From Candidatus Pacearchaeota archaeon (GTDB taxonomy: Archaea; Nanobdellota; Nanobdellia; UBA10117; JAFCGA01): 64,000 nt of DNA. The notes below the pieces were generated by a model. It did not search any database. It saw only the letters and a program-made list of their open reading frames with translations, and was not told where the DNA came from. Positions within the stretch are counted from its first letter, which is position 1; each line of letters starts with the position of its first letter. A program made the position numbers and the translations under genes. The stretch is taken from the NCBI GenBank assembly GCA_017608345.1, contig JAFCGA010000001.1, positions 33,766 to 97,765 of the forward strand, given 5' to 3'. Positions 44,991 through 55,074 of the stretch are shown here, piece by piece.

Positions 44991-45323
44991 ATGGTAACCT
45001 TCCAAGACTTCCAGAAAGTCGACATGAGAGTCGGTAAAATAACTAAAGTAGAAGACTTTCCTGAAGCTAGAAAGCCAGCTTACAAGCTTTGGATTGATTT
45101 CGGATCGCTAGGAGTTAAGAAGACTAGCGCTCAGATCACTAAACTCTACACTAAAGAAGCTCTTCTTAATAAGCAAGTCATAGCAGTTGTTAATTTCCCC
45201 CCGAAACAGATAGCTAACTTTACTTCGGAAGTTCTTGTGCTAGGTTTAATAAAGAAAAATAGCGAGGAAGTTATATTACTTAAGCCCGAAATAGAAGCTG
45301 AGCTCGGGCAGAGAGTCGCTTAA
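44991..45323 (+). CDS. stand-alone tRNA-binding domain protein (CsaA/Trbp111-like)
   Basis: FQKVDMRVGKITKVEDFPEARKPAYKLWIDFG...AVVNFPPKQIANFTSEVLVLG. Confidence 0.8.
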   Translation: MVTFQDFQKVDMRVGKITKVEDFPEARKPAYKLWIDFGSLGVKKTSAQITKLYTKEALLNKQVIAVVNFPPKQIANFTSEVLVLGLIKKNSEEVILLKPEIEAELGQRVA

Positions 45324-45664
45324 CTCTCAATTAGCACAAGATTCTTGCGCTGTTCTAATGTTATTTTATTATCCTTGAATAAAGCAATTCCTGCTAATCT
45401 GAAGCTGGATTTTGAACTAACTACCTCCGCAGTAAATATTCTATTATCGATCTTAACGTCGGTAGAATATAGGGAAACTTCCTTTCTAAGCGCATCGACA
45501 GATAAGCAATCAGTAGTAGAGAATTTCTCAAGTTTTAATTTTTCAATTAATTCTTCTGGAAGCAAAAGCTCTCCATTAAAACCCGTATCTAAGATTGCTG
45601 TAATTTTATGTTCGTTTACATATAAATCAATTACTGGGAATCCTAGCTCGAATCTACCGCGCAT
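45320..45664 (-). CDS. clan AA (retropepsin-like) aspartic protease, DTGF type
   Basis: KITAILDTGFNGELLLPEE contains the catalytic DTG(F) motif, and the 114-aa size is typical. Confidence 0.7.
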   Translation of the reverse strand: MRGRFELGFPVIDLYVNEHKITAILDTGFNGELLLPEELIEKLKLEKFSTTDCLSVDALRKEVSLYSTDVKIDNRIFTAEVVSSKSSFRLAGIALFKDNKITLEQRKNLVLIES

Positions 45665-45879
45665 CTCGGTGTACCTACAAAATAAGTATATTCAAAACCT
45701 AATCGTTTAACTACAAAAACTTTACCTGGTTGACGCTTTATAAGTTTCTTATAAGCGTCTAATGCCCTATCAGCTATTTCATAATCTCCAGATTCTTCAT
45801 CGATAGCTATAAGTTTACCTTTATGTTTAGGTAGAAGCTTTTTACTAGCTTCTTTGAATATTTGGTCTATTTTGTTCAT
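45643..45879 (-). CDS. small partner protein (78 aa) overlapping the protease gene
   Basis: KGKLIAIDEESGDYEIADRALDAYKKLIKRQPGKVFVVKRLG. It overlaps the downstream gene by 22 nt. Confidence 0.45.
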   Translation of the reverse strand: MNKIDQIFKEASKKLLPKHKGKLIAIDEESGDYEIADRALDAYKKLIKRQPGKVFVVKRLGFEYTYFVGTPRCAVDSS

Positions 45880-46008
45880 ATTAGTTATTAGATAGCATTT
45901 TATTTAAGGATTTCTACTGTATGAGAATTGAAGATTAAGAAATGAACTGAGATTGGGCAGAGCGTCGTATAGCATAGATTTTTATAGACTAATTCTTATT
46001 TTTCTAAT

Positions 46009-47100
46009 ATGGACTCCAAATCAAAGTTCAGATTAAGAAAACTCCTAAAGGAATTATCTAGCTACCGCGCTAGGCATACGGAGCTAGTTTCGGTGTATAT
46101 TCCTTTCGGGTATGATATTGTTAAGGTTCAGCAGCAGCTGTCACAAGAGGCCGGAACTGCTAGGAATATCAAGTCTGCTTCAACTCGGAAGAATGTACAA
46201 GATGCCTTAGAGAAGATGATCCGGCAGTTAAGATTGTATAAGCGGACGCCGGAAAATGGATTAGCAGCGTTTTCAGGGAATATTTCTGGAGAAGAAGGCG
46301 CATCAGATGTGCAAGTATGGTCTATTGAGCCGCCAGTTCCTATAGCTAATCGTTTGTATCGCTGTGGTCAGACGTTCTTTCTGGAGCCGTTATTTGCTTT
46401 ATCTAAACCGAAGGAGGCTTACGGTTTAATTGTTCTAGATCGGAGCGAGGCAGATATAGCTCTACTCAAAGGTAAGGCAATTGTTCCAGTAGTTCATTAT
46501 CATTCTTTAGTTCCCGGGAAAACGCGTGCTGGTGGCCAGTCTGCTCAGAGATTTGCGCGAATCAGAGAGAACATGGCTAAAGATTTCTTTAGGAAAGTCG
46601 GAGACGCAGTCAATAAAGAATTCGCAAATATGAAAGAACTAAAAGGAATAATCGTCGGTGGTCCGGGTCCAGTTAAGGAGTTGTTTATTGATGGAAATTA
46701 CCTAAGCAACGCTATGAAAGATAAGATAATCGCAACCGTAGACATTGGCTACACTGGCGAGCATGGAGTCGAAGAGCTAGTTAATAGAAGTGAGGATTTA
46801 CTCGCTAAGGAAGAGATTATGGCAGAGAAGCAAGCTATAAATAAATTTATGACTAAGCTTGCCACGCATCCGGATCATGTTACTTATGGCATTCAGCGGG
46901 TCAAGAACGCTCTCGAGGCCGGTGCTGTTGACTTATTATTAATTTCTGAGGAGATTAATGACACCGTTATTGAGGAGCTAGCTGAGAAAGCTGAAGCGTT
47001 CGGCGGCGACTGGATGATGATTTCTAAAGACACGAAAGAAGGTCAGCTCTTAATTAATATGGGTCAAGTTGGAGCTATCTTGCGATTTCCTATTGAGTAA
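46009..47100 (+). CDS. prf1: peptide chain release factor aRF1
   Basis: NIKS motif (GTARNIKSASTRKN) and GGQ motif (KTRAGGQSAQRFARIRE). Confidence 0.9.
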   Translation: MDSKSKFRLRKLLKELSSYRARHTELVSVYIPFGYDIVKVQQQLSQEAGTARNIKSASTRKNVQDALEKMIRQLRLYKRTPENGLAAFSGNISGEEGASDVQVWSIEPPVPIANRLYRCGQTFFLEPLFALSKPKEAYGLIVLDRSEADIALLKGKAIVPVVHYHSLVPGKTRAGGQSAQRFARIRENMAKDFFRKVGDAVNKEFANMKELKGIIVGGPGPVKELFIDGNYLSNAMKDKIIATVDIGYTGEHGVEELVNRSEDLLAKEEIMAEKQAINKFMTKLATHPDHVTYGIQRVKNALEAGAVDLLLISEEINDTVIEELAEKAEAFGGDWMMISKDTKEGQLLINMGQVGAILRFPIE

Positions 47101-47580
47101 TCAGATAACTAATAAAATAATTATGCTGATTATGAGTACTATATCTAAGACTAGTTCATAATAAGATATATCTATCATGAAACCATACTTTTTGATTCTG
47201 AAATAGCGTGGATTATATTTTCTAAGCCCGCCCTCTATCCCATCTAGAATAAGATGCGGAAAATATGCAAGGCCGATAATAAGGAGCCAACTATTATTGT
47301 ACACATATAAGATGGCGAGTATTATTAATACTACTATAAATGCTAATGGGTGATGTATAAAAGTTATGTCCCGCTTTTGCTTGATGACTGATGCGTTCCA
47401 TGCGCGTTTGACGCTGAAATCTTTATATCTATGATTAATGACATAAGCCACATAATGATCTATGTCAATAAATACTGCCAATAACCCTGCCAAAATAGCT
47501 GCCTTGTGGTCCAGTAGATTGAATTTTACAAGGATTTCTGCTAAGAAGAAAGGCAGTAGAAAGTGAGTTTGTGGGAACAT
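47101..47580 (-). CDS. membrane-bound metal-dependent hydrolase-like protein (DUF457/YdjM-like)
   Basis: MFPQTHFLLPFF..., FIDIDHYV, and four hydrophobic helices. Confidence 0.45.
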   Translation of the reverse strand: MFPQTHFLLPFFLAEILVKFNLLDHKAAILAGLLAVFIDIDHYVAYVINHRYKDFSVKRAWNASVIKQKRDITFIHHPLAFIVVLIILAILYVYNNSWLLIIGLAYFPHLILDGIEGGLRKYNPRYFRIKKYGFMIDISYYELVLDIVLIISIIILLVI

Positions 47581-47887
47581 ATAGTTAATGACGCTTTGGA
47601 GTTATTTAAATCTTACTTGCGCTATTCTTTTGATTCAGTGAGTGTTCGAATCCGAGAGTCATTGTTAATAAAGTTTTTCGAGTATTTCTGATTAATTCTC
47701 GAAACCTTTTTATCTTCTCGCCTGTATCTCCTTCCAATCGGTGATTCAAAACACGTCGGAAGCATAGCTTCTCGTGTCTCAATTCACTAGATGATATTGA
47801 GCAGGTGAATTAAGATGGCAGAAACAAAACAACTCGAAAACCAGTCACGATTCTTTCGAGAGTTTTATCTCTGCTAGGAGATATAAA

Positions 47888-48280
47888 ATGGCAGAGATAA
47901 AATCAGAAGAAATTGGAAAGTTAAAAGTCGGAAGTTACATTTTAATGGATGGAAATGCAAGTAAAATCGTCAAGATAGATCGTTCTTCTCCTGGCAAGCA
48001 CGGTCACGCCAAATATCGGGTTGAAGCTGTTGGATTATTAGATAAACAGAAGCGGATTACAGTTATGACTGGGCACGCTAAAGTAGAAGTGCCGATTATC
48101 GGGAAGAAAACTGCTCAAGTGCTATCTGTATCTGGCGATAAAGCACAGCTAATGGATATGGTCTCTTATGAGACTTTCGAGGTCCCAATTCCAGAAGAGT
48201 TCAAAGGAAAATTAATATCCGGAGCTACGGTTTTATATTGGGATATAATGGATACGAAGGTAATTAAGCAGTTAAAGTAA
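47888..48280 (+). CDS. eif5a: translation initiation factor aIF5A
   Basis: Hypusination loop SSPGKHGHAKYRVEAVGL. Confidence 0.9.
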   Translation: MAEIKSEEIGKLKVGSYILMDGNASKIVKIDRSSPGKHGHAKYRVEAVGLLDKQKRITVMTGHAKVEVPIIGKKTAQVLSVSGDKAQLMDMVSYETFEVPIPEEFKGKLISGATVLYWDIMDTKVIKQLK

Positions 48281-49121
48281 AGCGAGGCTCTTCTGCTGAA
48301 GAGCATACAGCTTTTGTCCAGAAATTGATGCAATCTTTTACTTCGTTTTTAGAGCAGCTATGATTACCTAATTCAAGAACTATTGGGCCCTCGCATCTTC
48401 TCAATGCTTCAATTACTCTATTAAAGTCACCTACATTATCTTTGGTAGGCAATAGATGCTGATCTCTTGATCCGTCGTTTCCGTGTAAATGAACTGAGAA
48501 TATAGGATAGGGTAATGCTAGAAGCGCCTCAATGGGCTCTTCAGCCATTTTTGTATGGCCCACGTCTATGCATATTCCATAGTTCTTGTCTCCGATCAAC
48601 TTAGGAAAATGCTCTGCTTTGTATCCTAATAATGAGTGACCTGGGTTCGCATCTGGTTCGTGCATGGTCTCAATCGCTAGACGTGATTTCAAATCCAGGC
48701 TTTGAAAGAAGTCTATGCTATTTTTAAGTGCAGTTTTCTCATCAACCCAGAATTGATAGTTCGGATCAGAATACTTTGCTGCATGAACTGTTATTAGAGG
48801 GTATAGATCATATTTCTGAATGTTAGTGTCTAAGTCAATTAAAAATCGCTCCAGGGTTGAGTGAGCTTCTTTTAGAGCGGGCGTCAAAAAGATATTGTTA
48901 ATAATGAAATTATATGGATGAATATGAACTTTAACACCATATTTCTCCTGGAGCGAGCCTAATTTTCTGAAGTCAGCTTCTATTAATCTACTTTTAGAGT
49001 CAATTAGCTGAATGTCTCCAGCTTTTTTGATCATAATATGATTTATTCCGAGGTCTAGCCAATATTGCGTAGTTTCTTCAACAGTTTTTTTAGAATACTT
49101 ATTCTGGCCAGCTAATAGCAT
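48264..49121 (-). CDS. sugar phosphate isomerase/epimerase (xylose-isomerase-like TIM barrel)
   Basis: ICIDVGHTKM and FSVHLHGNDGSRDQHLLP metal-ligand motifs. Confidence 0.65.
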   Translation of the reverse strand: MLLAGQNKYSKKTVEETTQYWLDLGINHIMIKKAGDIQLIDSKSRLIEADFRKLGSLQEKYGVKVHIHPYNFIINNIFLTPALKEAHSTLERFLIDLDTNIQKYDLYPLITVHAAKYSDPNYQFWVDEKTALKNSIDFFQSLDLKSRLAIETMHEPDANPGHSLLGYKAEHFPKLIGDKNYGICIDVGHTKMAEEPIEALLALPYPIFSVHLHGNDGSRDQHLLPTKDNVGDFNRVIEALRRCEGPIVLELGNHSCSKNEVKDCINFWTKAVCSSAEEPRFTLTA

Positions 49122-49253
49122 GCTATTACTGGCGTGTTCTTATTAATAAATCTTCTTGGCATGGAGTAAATAGTAAGCAAGCTCCGCAGATCTCTTGTCT
49201 TCCATAAAGTCCGATAGCCTAAAGTTTAAATATAACCATTGCTACCATATAAT

Positions 49254-50228
49254 ATGGGAAGCCGCAATCCAAATTGTATAATGAGCTATGATACTCCTCG
49301 CACAGAGTGCGAGGACCTAACAGAGAAGGCTTATCGTTTAGTGGATCCACTTAGAGAAGCCGATCATGTAACGAAACTGGATGCACATATTCTCTGTGAA
49401 GTTTATCATATACAAGACACAGAGAATTATATGGATAAGGTACAAACTCAAATAAAAGATCTAGCTAAGATAATAGAAGACTCACAGCAACATGATACAA
49501 AGCTTGCTATTCCGCGACCAAACCTTGAATATAATTTGGGATTTAAACCTGTTCAGGAAGCACATGACCTGAGATTAAAACAAATAATTAGTTATTTTTC
49601 GAACCGAGCAGTTGAAGAACGCGTGAAACATTATGCTGGAGATCTGAAAGAAAAGAGAGACTTTACAGAGCATGACCAGAGTATTTTTGATATATTTACA
49701 GATTACGTTAGTAAAGCCCATACTTTAGAAAAATATATTGATAACGAACAACCCCGAGATTTATTAAGCGAAGCATTGAAACTATTCGCTGAAGATGCTG
49801 GAAGGTTAGCGGATACAAGGCTTTATTTTGAATGTGCTCTATCTATTGAACAGACTAAGCCGCTATTCTTAGAAATGAGGCAGATGGAGCTGCCTCTGGA
49901 AGTGCAGAATAAAGTTACTGCTTCTGAAATCGAGCTAAGTGATTTAGAAAAGAAAGTAGAAAAAGCTAGAACATATAGTGGGGCATTGGAAATCTATAAT
50001 GGGAACGCAGATCGAATCGGGAGAATTCATTCTAACATGTATAACTGGCTGAATAATGAAAGAACATACAAGCTAATATCTTCTAATAATAGAATGACTA
50101 CTAAAGAACTGATAGATGTAGGAATTGAGCACTTACCAGCGGCAGAAGAGCTAGTTGACTCAGGTAGAATCATTAAAGATAGGGAACAAAGAGGAAATGC
50201 GATTTACTTAGTTTTTGTATCTCCTTAA
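49254..50228 (+). CDS. hypothetical protein (about 324 aa)
   Basis: ORF in the track. The first ATG is used instead of the TTG at 49239. Confidence 0.5.
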   Translation: MGSRNPNCIMSYDTPRTECEDLTEKAYRLVDPLREADHVTKLDAHILCEVYHIQDTENYMDKVQTQIKDLAKIIEDSQQHDTKLAIPRPNLEYNLGFKPVQEAHDLRLKQIISYFSNRAVEERVKHYAGDLKEKRDFTEHDQSIFDIFTDYVSKAHTLEKYIDNEQPRDLLSEALKLFAEDAGRLADTRLYFECALSIEQTKPLFLEMRQMELPLEVQNKVTASEIELSDLEKKVEKARTYSGALEIYNGNADRIGRIHSNMYNWLNNERTYKLISSNNRMTTKELIDVGIEHLPAAEELVDSGRIIKDREQRGNAIYLVFVSP

Positions 50229-50296
50229 TACCGAATCTCGTTGGTCTATTTTAATTAATAGAAAGCTTAATAAACCCAATTTAACTCCCTTAGACT

Positions 50297-50470
50297 ATGA
50301 AAATACCTGAAGCCGAAGCAAGACTATTCAACCGGATATTTGTCTGTCTTAAATGCAAGTCTAAAATCAAGGCGGATTCAGCTAAAATCAGAGCTAAAAA
50401 AATCCTTTGCCGCAAGTGCAAGTCCCGCGACTTCAGAGGCAAGAACAAAGAGAAGAAAGTTGTTGGCTAA
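50297..50470 (+). CDS. rpl40e: 50S ribosomal protein L40e (57 aa)
   Basis: My translation is MKIPEAEARLFNRIFVCLKCKSKIKADSAKIRAKKILCRKCKSRDFRGKNKEKKVVG. It has the L40e-like PEAEARLF start, a CxxC...CxxC pattern and a basic tail. It falls below the track size cut-off. Confidence 0.6.
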   Translation: MKIPEAEARLFNRIFVCLKCKSKIKADSAKIRAKKILCRKCKSRDFRGKNKEKKVVG

Positions 50471-50520
50471 GCTTCCATACAGAACTCTTTTAAGCTTTTT
50501 TCAACTAATTTGACTATTCG

Positions 50521-51030
50521 ATGGTAATCAAGAAACCAACTAAAGCTCCGTCTGTTTCAGCTATCAAAAAGCAGCTAACTGAAGCTAAAAAGCAGGCTGA
50601 GGAATACAAAGAGACTCTGCAGAGATTGCAAGCTGAATTTGATAATTATAGAAAAAGAATTGAGGCTGAAAAGCCAAGTCTTATTGCCTCCGCTAACAAA
50701 GAATTAGTAACCAAGCTGTTAGAGGTTTTGGATAGCTTTGATAGAGCGCTATCAGCAAAGCTATTAGAGGATCCTGGACTCAAATTAATACATAAGCAGA
50801 TTTATACAACTCTCGAAAGCGAGGGCTTATCGCTAGTACAAGCTATCGGAAATAAATTCGATCCGCAGCTACACGAAGCTCTTTCTTGTAAGGAATCAGA
50901 TTGTGAGGGAGATATTATCCTCGAAGAAGTCCGGAAGGGCTATTTATTCAAGAGCAAGCCAATACGGCCAGCTCAAGTCATAATCTCAAAATCGAAAGAG
51001 AATAAAGAGGAACAAAAAAATGGTAAATAA
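50521..51030 (+). CDS. grpE: nucleotide exchange factor GrpE
   Basis: [14 protein letters not shown] and FDPQLHEA motifs, located upstream of dnaK. Confidence 0.85.
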   Translation: MVIKKPTKAPSVSAIKKQLTEAKKQAEEYKETLQRLQAEFDNYRKRIEAEKPSLIASANKELVTKLLEVLDSFDRALSAKLLEDPGLKLIHKQIYTTLESEGLSLVQAIGNKFDPQLHEALSCKESDCEGDIILEEVRKGYLFKSKPIRPAQVIISKSKENKEEQKNGK

Positions 51031-52903
51031 GATTATTGGTATAGATTTAGGTACAACTTTTTCAGCAGTCGCGGTTATGGAGGGCGGAAAGCAAACCATA
51101 ATTCCAAACGCAGAGGGCAGTCGAACAACGCCTTCAGTGGTCGCTTTTAAGGACGGCGAGCTATTAGTCGGCGAAGTTGCTAAGCGGCAAGCAGTTGCTA
51201 ATCCAAAGAACACGGTTAGAAGTATCAAGCGAATAATGGGCTCAAAAGAGAAGATAACTCTCGAAGGAAAGGATTATTCGCCTGAGCAGATATCCGCTAT
51301 GATTCTACAGAAGCTTAAGCGAGATGCAGAAGCTTATCTGGGAACGAAAATAACCGACGCAGTTATTACAGTTCCAGCCTACTTCGAGGACGCTCAACGA
51401 CAGGCAACAAAAGATGCGGGTAAGATTGCTGGCTTAGAAGTCAAGAGAATCGTAAACGAACCTACTGCTGCATCGCTAGCTTATGGATTGACTAAAGAAA
51501 AGGATCAGACCGTTATGGTTTTTGATCTAGGTGGTGGTACTTTTGATGTCTCAATTTTAGAGCTGGGAGATGGTGTATTTGAAGTTAAGGCAACTTCAGG
51601 TAATAACCATCTTGGTGGAGATGATTTTGATGAAGCTATTATTGATTGGCTAGCAAGTGAGTTCAAAGAAAAGCACGGAATTGATCTTCGAGAAGATCCA
51701 TCAGCTAAGCAGCGGTTAAAGGATGCCGCGGAAAAAGCTAAGATCGAAGTCTCGTCAGCTCAGAAGACAAATATTAATCTTCCATATGTTGCGCAAGGAA
51801 AAGAAGGTCCGCTGCATATTGATATTGATCTAACGCGGGCGAAATTCAATGAGCTAACTTCAGATCTTGTAGAAAAAGTTGTGAAACCAGTAAAGCAAGC
51901 TCTAAAAGACTCCAAGCTAGACAAGGTTGATAAAGTTCTTCTCGTAGGCGGATCTACTAGAATCCCAACTATACAAAATAAAGTCAAGGAACTAACAGGT
52001 CTGGAGCCAGACAGATCAATTAATCCAGACGAAGCTGTAGCTCTTGGAGCGGCTATTCAAGCAGGAATACTGGGCGGAGATGTTAAAGATGTCTTACTCT
52101 TGGACGTAACTCCATTAAGCTTAGGCATAGAGACCTTAGGCGGAGTTTGCACTAAATTAATTGCCAGAAATACAACTATCCCGACCAAGAAATCGCAAGT
52201 ATTCTCAACAGCTGCAGACAATCAGCCACAAGTAGAGATTAATGTCTTGCAAGGAGAGCGGGATATGGCTGCAGGAAATAAGAGCCTAGGCAAGTTCAGT
52301 TTAGCTGGAATACCACCGGCACCGCGAGGAATACCGCAGATCGAAGTAACCTTCGACATCGACGCTAACGGAATTGTAAATGTATCTGCGATGGACAAAG
52401 CTACTAACAAAAAGCAGTCCATAACCGTTACAGGCAGCACTCGGCTAAAAGAAGATGAAGTTGAGAAAATGGTTAAGGAAGCTGAGCAGCACGCAGAGGA
52501 AGATAAGAAGCTTAAGGAAGCTGTTGAAACAAAGAATTCTGCTGAGACCTTGATATTTACAACTGAAAAAATGCTCAAGGAGCACAGTGACAAAGTTGAT
52601 AAAAAGACTAAAGAGAAGATTGAGAAAGCTATTGGCGAGCTAAAAGAGACTTTGAAGGAAGGCAAGACAGAAGACATTAAGAAAAAGCTAGAAGAAGTCG
52701 ACAAGGTAGCTCAGGAAATCGGCGCTGAAATGTATAAAAAAGTCGCTGAGGAGATGGCTAAGAAGCAAGCTGCTGCGTCTAAGACTGAAGAAAACGGTAA
52801 GAAAGATGAAAAGGAAACAGTAGTTGATGCTGAGGTCGAAGACACGTCTGAGCAAGCTCCTCGTGCCTCAAGCGAAGCTGAAGGAGAAAAGAAAGAGAAA
52901 TAG
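51020..52903 (+). CDS. dnaK: chaperone DnaK (Hsp70)
   Basis: [26 protein letters not shown] and LVGGSTRIP. Confidence 0.97.
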   Translation: MVNKIIGIDLGTTFSAVAVMEGGKQTIIPNAEGSRTTPSVVAFKDGELLVGEVAKRQAVANPKNTVRSIKRIMGSKEKITLEGKDYSPEQISAMILQKLKRDAEAYLGTKITDAVITVPAYFEDAQRQATKDAGKIAGLEVKRIVNEPTAASLAYGLTKEKDQTVMVFDLGGGTFDVSILELGDGVFEVKATSGNNHLGGDDFDEAIIDWLASEFKEKHGIDLREDPSAKQRLKDAAEKAKIEVSSAQKTNINLPYVAQGKEGPLHIDIDLTRAKFNELTSDLVEKVVKPVKQALKDSKLDKVDKVLLVGGSTRIPTIQNKVKELTGLEPDRSINPDEAVALGAAIQAGILGGDVKDVLLLDVTPLSLGIETLGGVCTKLIARNTTIPTKKSQVFSTAADNQPQVEINVLQGERDMAAGNKSLGKFSLAGIPPAPRGIPQIEVTFDIDANGIVNVSAMDKATNKKQSITVTGSTRLKEDEVEKMVKEAEQHAEEDKKLKEAVETKNSAETLIFTTEKMLKEHSDKVDKKTKEKIEKAIGELKETLKEGKTEDIKKKLEEVDKVAQEIGAEMYKKVAEEMAKKQAAASKTEENGKKDEKETVVDAEVEDTSEQAPRASSEAEGEKKEK

Positions 52904-52908
52904 CGTTA

Positions 52909-53292
52909 TTATTTATATTTTCCTTGAATTCGTTTAATGTTAGCAATAATCTCGTCAGCAGGGTATTGTATTGCAGCAGAGCTCATGTCAAAGCTATGCG
53001 CTATTATTCTTGGTGTTCGGGATCTTAGGATACTAATTGATTCGTAAAAATCATTTTTTACTGGAGTAATATAACCATAATTTCCTCGTACTATTTCACT
53101 AAGTGTGTCTGCACCATTACCTGCAAATGCAATAAAACTAACTGCTGGCGCTAAATAAAAATGCGTGTGATCTGCACCTATTAATTTGCCAAATAAAAGC
53201 CCAGTATCTCTATTACTCAATAGAACAGTTTTTCCTTCTAAGCAACCTAAAGTATTTTTCATTTCAATTACTCGCGAGTAGTAGTTGCTCAA
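52909..53292 (-). CDS. hypothetical protein (127 aa)
   Basis: ORF in the track, 5 nt downstream of the Bro-N-like ORF on the same strand. Confidence 0.45.
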   Translation of the reverse strand: MSNYYSRVIEMKNTLGCLEGKTVLLSNRDTGLLFGKLIGADHTHFYLAPAVSFIAFAGNGADTLSEIVRGNYGYITPVKNDFYESISILRSRTPRIIAHSFDMSSAAIQYPADEIIANIKRIQGKYK

Positions 53293-53297
53293 TAAAT

Positions 53298-53663
53298 TTA
53301 TAAAACTTTCGCCATTTTATCCGCAATCCGCTTCTTCCGCTCAGCTCGCTTTGGAGGAATGGATTGGATGACTCTGAACATTGATTCTGTATCTGCGCAG
53401 TCTGTTAATAGAAGTTTACCGTCTTCTGCTAGCAGTTTCAATTGTACGATAAAATCGTACGGTTCAAATCCTTCTTCGTCTAAACTATTCTTTAGATCCG
53501 ACCAATATCGCTTAGGTATTGAACTTATGTCTAAAGCGTTTACAATATCAACTACTGAGAAAAACCACTTACCTTCATGCCGGATTCGTCGGATATTCTT
53601 TCCGTGAAAAGTGACTAGCGCATTATTTGAAGCTATTTTATTATCCGGAGTAATATTAGCAAT
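53298..53663 (-). pseudogene. Bro-N-domain ORF with no usable start codon (in-frame TAG 12 codons after a possible TTG)
   Basis: My minus-strand translation is IANITPDNKIASNNALVTFHGKNIRRIRHEGKWFFSVVDIVNALDISSIPKRYWSDLKNSLDEEGFEPYDFIVQLKLLAEDGKLLLTDCADTESMFRVIQSIPPKRAERKKRIADKMAKVL*. The first ATG/GTG/TTG in frame leaves only 46 aa, which is why it is absent from the track. Confidence 0.45.
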
Positions 53664-53731
53664 CTAGATTTTATAATGATTTTGACGATCCAAGAGCAAA
53701 CCTCTAAAAGCCTTCCCTATAACTTATATTT

Positions 53732-54808
53732 ATGACCAAAGACTACTACGAAACGCTAGGAGTAAGCAAATCATCATCTAAAGACGAGCTCAAGAAAGCT
53801 TACAAGAAGCTAGCTAAGAAGTACCATCCAGATATATCTGGAGACAAGTCAACCGAAGAAAAATTCAAGGAAATCTCAGAAGCTTACGCTGTTCTCAGCG
53901 ACGGCGAAAAGCGTAAGATGTATGACCAATTTGGCCACGCTGATTTTAATCAGCAGTTCTCGCAGGAGGATATTTTCAGAAACGTTAATTTCCAAGATAT
54001 ATTTAGTGAAATTTTCGGTAGCAATGGCGGCTTCGGCGGCAGCATTTTTGGTGATCTTTTTGGAGCTGGCAGAGGAAGAGAACCGCAACATGGAGAGCAT
54101 TTAAGATATGATTTAGAAGTCGATTTTGAGGAAGCTGCTTTCGGTGCTACAAAAGAAGTTAGAGTAAGCAAGTTAGATAGCTGCGAAGAATGCGACGGAT
54201 CTGGCTCTTCAGATGGAAAAACTAAAACTTGCTCTACTTGCAACGGAACTGGACAATTCCGTCAGGTAAGGCAGACTATGTTCGGAACAATGGTTCAGCA
54301 AGGTATTTGCCCCGACTGCAGGGGACAGCGGGAGAGCATACTTAATCCCTGTAAGAACTGCCGCGGAACTGGACGAGTAGCAAAATCAAAAACTATCAAT
54401 CTAAAAGTACCGCCCGGAGTGGATAATGGATTTAGACTGCGAGTAAAAGGCGAGGGGGAAGCTGGCGTAAGGGGACGAGCATCCGGAGATTTATTTGTAA
54501 TAATTCACGTCCGTCCGCACAATTTCTTCAAGCGGGACGATGAAGATATTATTTTTAAATTGCCAGTTAGCTTTCCGAAACTAGCGCTAGGAGCTAAGAT
54601 CGAAGTACCAACATTGCATGGAAAAGTTAAGCTCAAAATTCCAGCTGGAACTCAGACTGGAACAGTATTTAGAGTTAGGGGTAAGGGCGTGCCTCGGTTT
54701 AGAGGCTTCGGTAACGGTGACCAATATGTTAAGGTGTTTACTAAGGTTCCTGAGAAGCTAGATCGAAAGGCGAAGAAGCTTTTAGAGGAGCTGGATAAGC
54801 GGCTCTAG
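53732..54808 (+). CDS. dnaJ: co-chaperone DnaJ (type I)
   Basis: J domain (DYYETLGV...KKYHPD), a G/F region and four CxxCxGxG zinc-finger repeats. Confidence 0.95.
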   Translation: MTKDYYETLGVSKSSSKDELKKAYKKLAKKYHPDISGDKSTEEKFKEISEAYAVLSDGEKRKMYDQFGHADFNQQFSQEDIFRNVNFQDIFSEIFGSNGGFGGSIFGDLFGAGRGREPQHGEHLRYDLEVDFEEAAFGATKEVRVSKLDSCEECDGSGSSDGKTKTCSTCNGTGQFRQVRQTMFGTMVQQGICPDCRGQRESILNPCKNCRGTGRVAKSKTINLKVPPGVDNGFRLRVKGEGEAGVRGRASGDLFVIIHVRPHNFFKRDDEDIIFKLPVSFPKLALGAKIEVPTLHGKVKLKIPAGTQTGTVFRVRGKGVPRFRGFGNGDQYVKVFTKVPEKLDRKAKKLLEELDKRL

Positions 54809-54846
54809 AAACATTTAAAAGCGCTGTATAAATCTTAAATTTAGAT

Positions 54847-55069
54847 GGGGCTATGGTGTAGCTAGAGCTTAAGTATTGCTTTAGTTCCTACAATGGCTAG
54901 CATCGCAGGTTTGGGACCTGCAGACCCCAGTTCAAAGCGGAGCCTTTTCTTTTGCTAAAAGAAAAGTTCCCGCCGCTCTCCAAAAGAAAAGCGTATTGCT
55001 CGCTTCGCTCGAGAATATTGCCTTTGGCAAGTTAGGAGATGTCGGCACTTGAAAATCTGGGTAGCCCCA
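54847..55069 (+). tRNA. tRNA-Pro(UGG) with a D-loop insert (about 31 nt) and a T-loop insert (about 119 nt)
   Basis: Folds as GGGGCTA TG GTGT AGC[54863-54893]TGGCTA GCAT C GCAGG TTTGGGA CCTGC AGAC CCCAG TTCAAA[54937-55055]T CTGGG TAGCCCC A. It is 73 nt after removing the inserts. Confidence 0.75.
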
Positions 55070-55074
55070 TTGAT

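Noticed and set aside
46009-47100. aRF1 at 363 aa appears shorter than I remember typical archaeal aRF1 to be.
   Set aside because: The NIKS and GGQ motifs and all three domains seem present, and proteins in this genome are generally compact. This is not enough to call it unusual without an alignment.
47815-47877. A 20-codon mini-ORF (MAETKQLENQSRFFREFYLC) upstream of aIF5A whose first codons resemble the aIF5A start (MAEIKS).
   Set aside because: The resemblance covers only about 19 nt. It could be a uORF or a 5' relic, but there is no further support from the sequence alone.
53359-53607. Track ORF (82 aa, + strand) between dnaK and dnaJ.
   Set aside because: It is antisense to the open frame carrying a clear Bro-N-type sequence, and its own sequence is Ser-rich junk.
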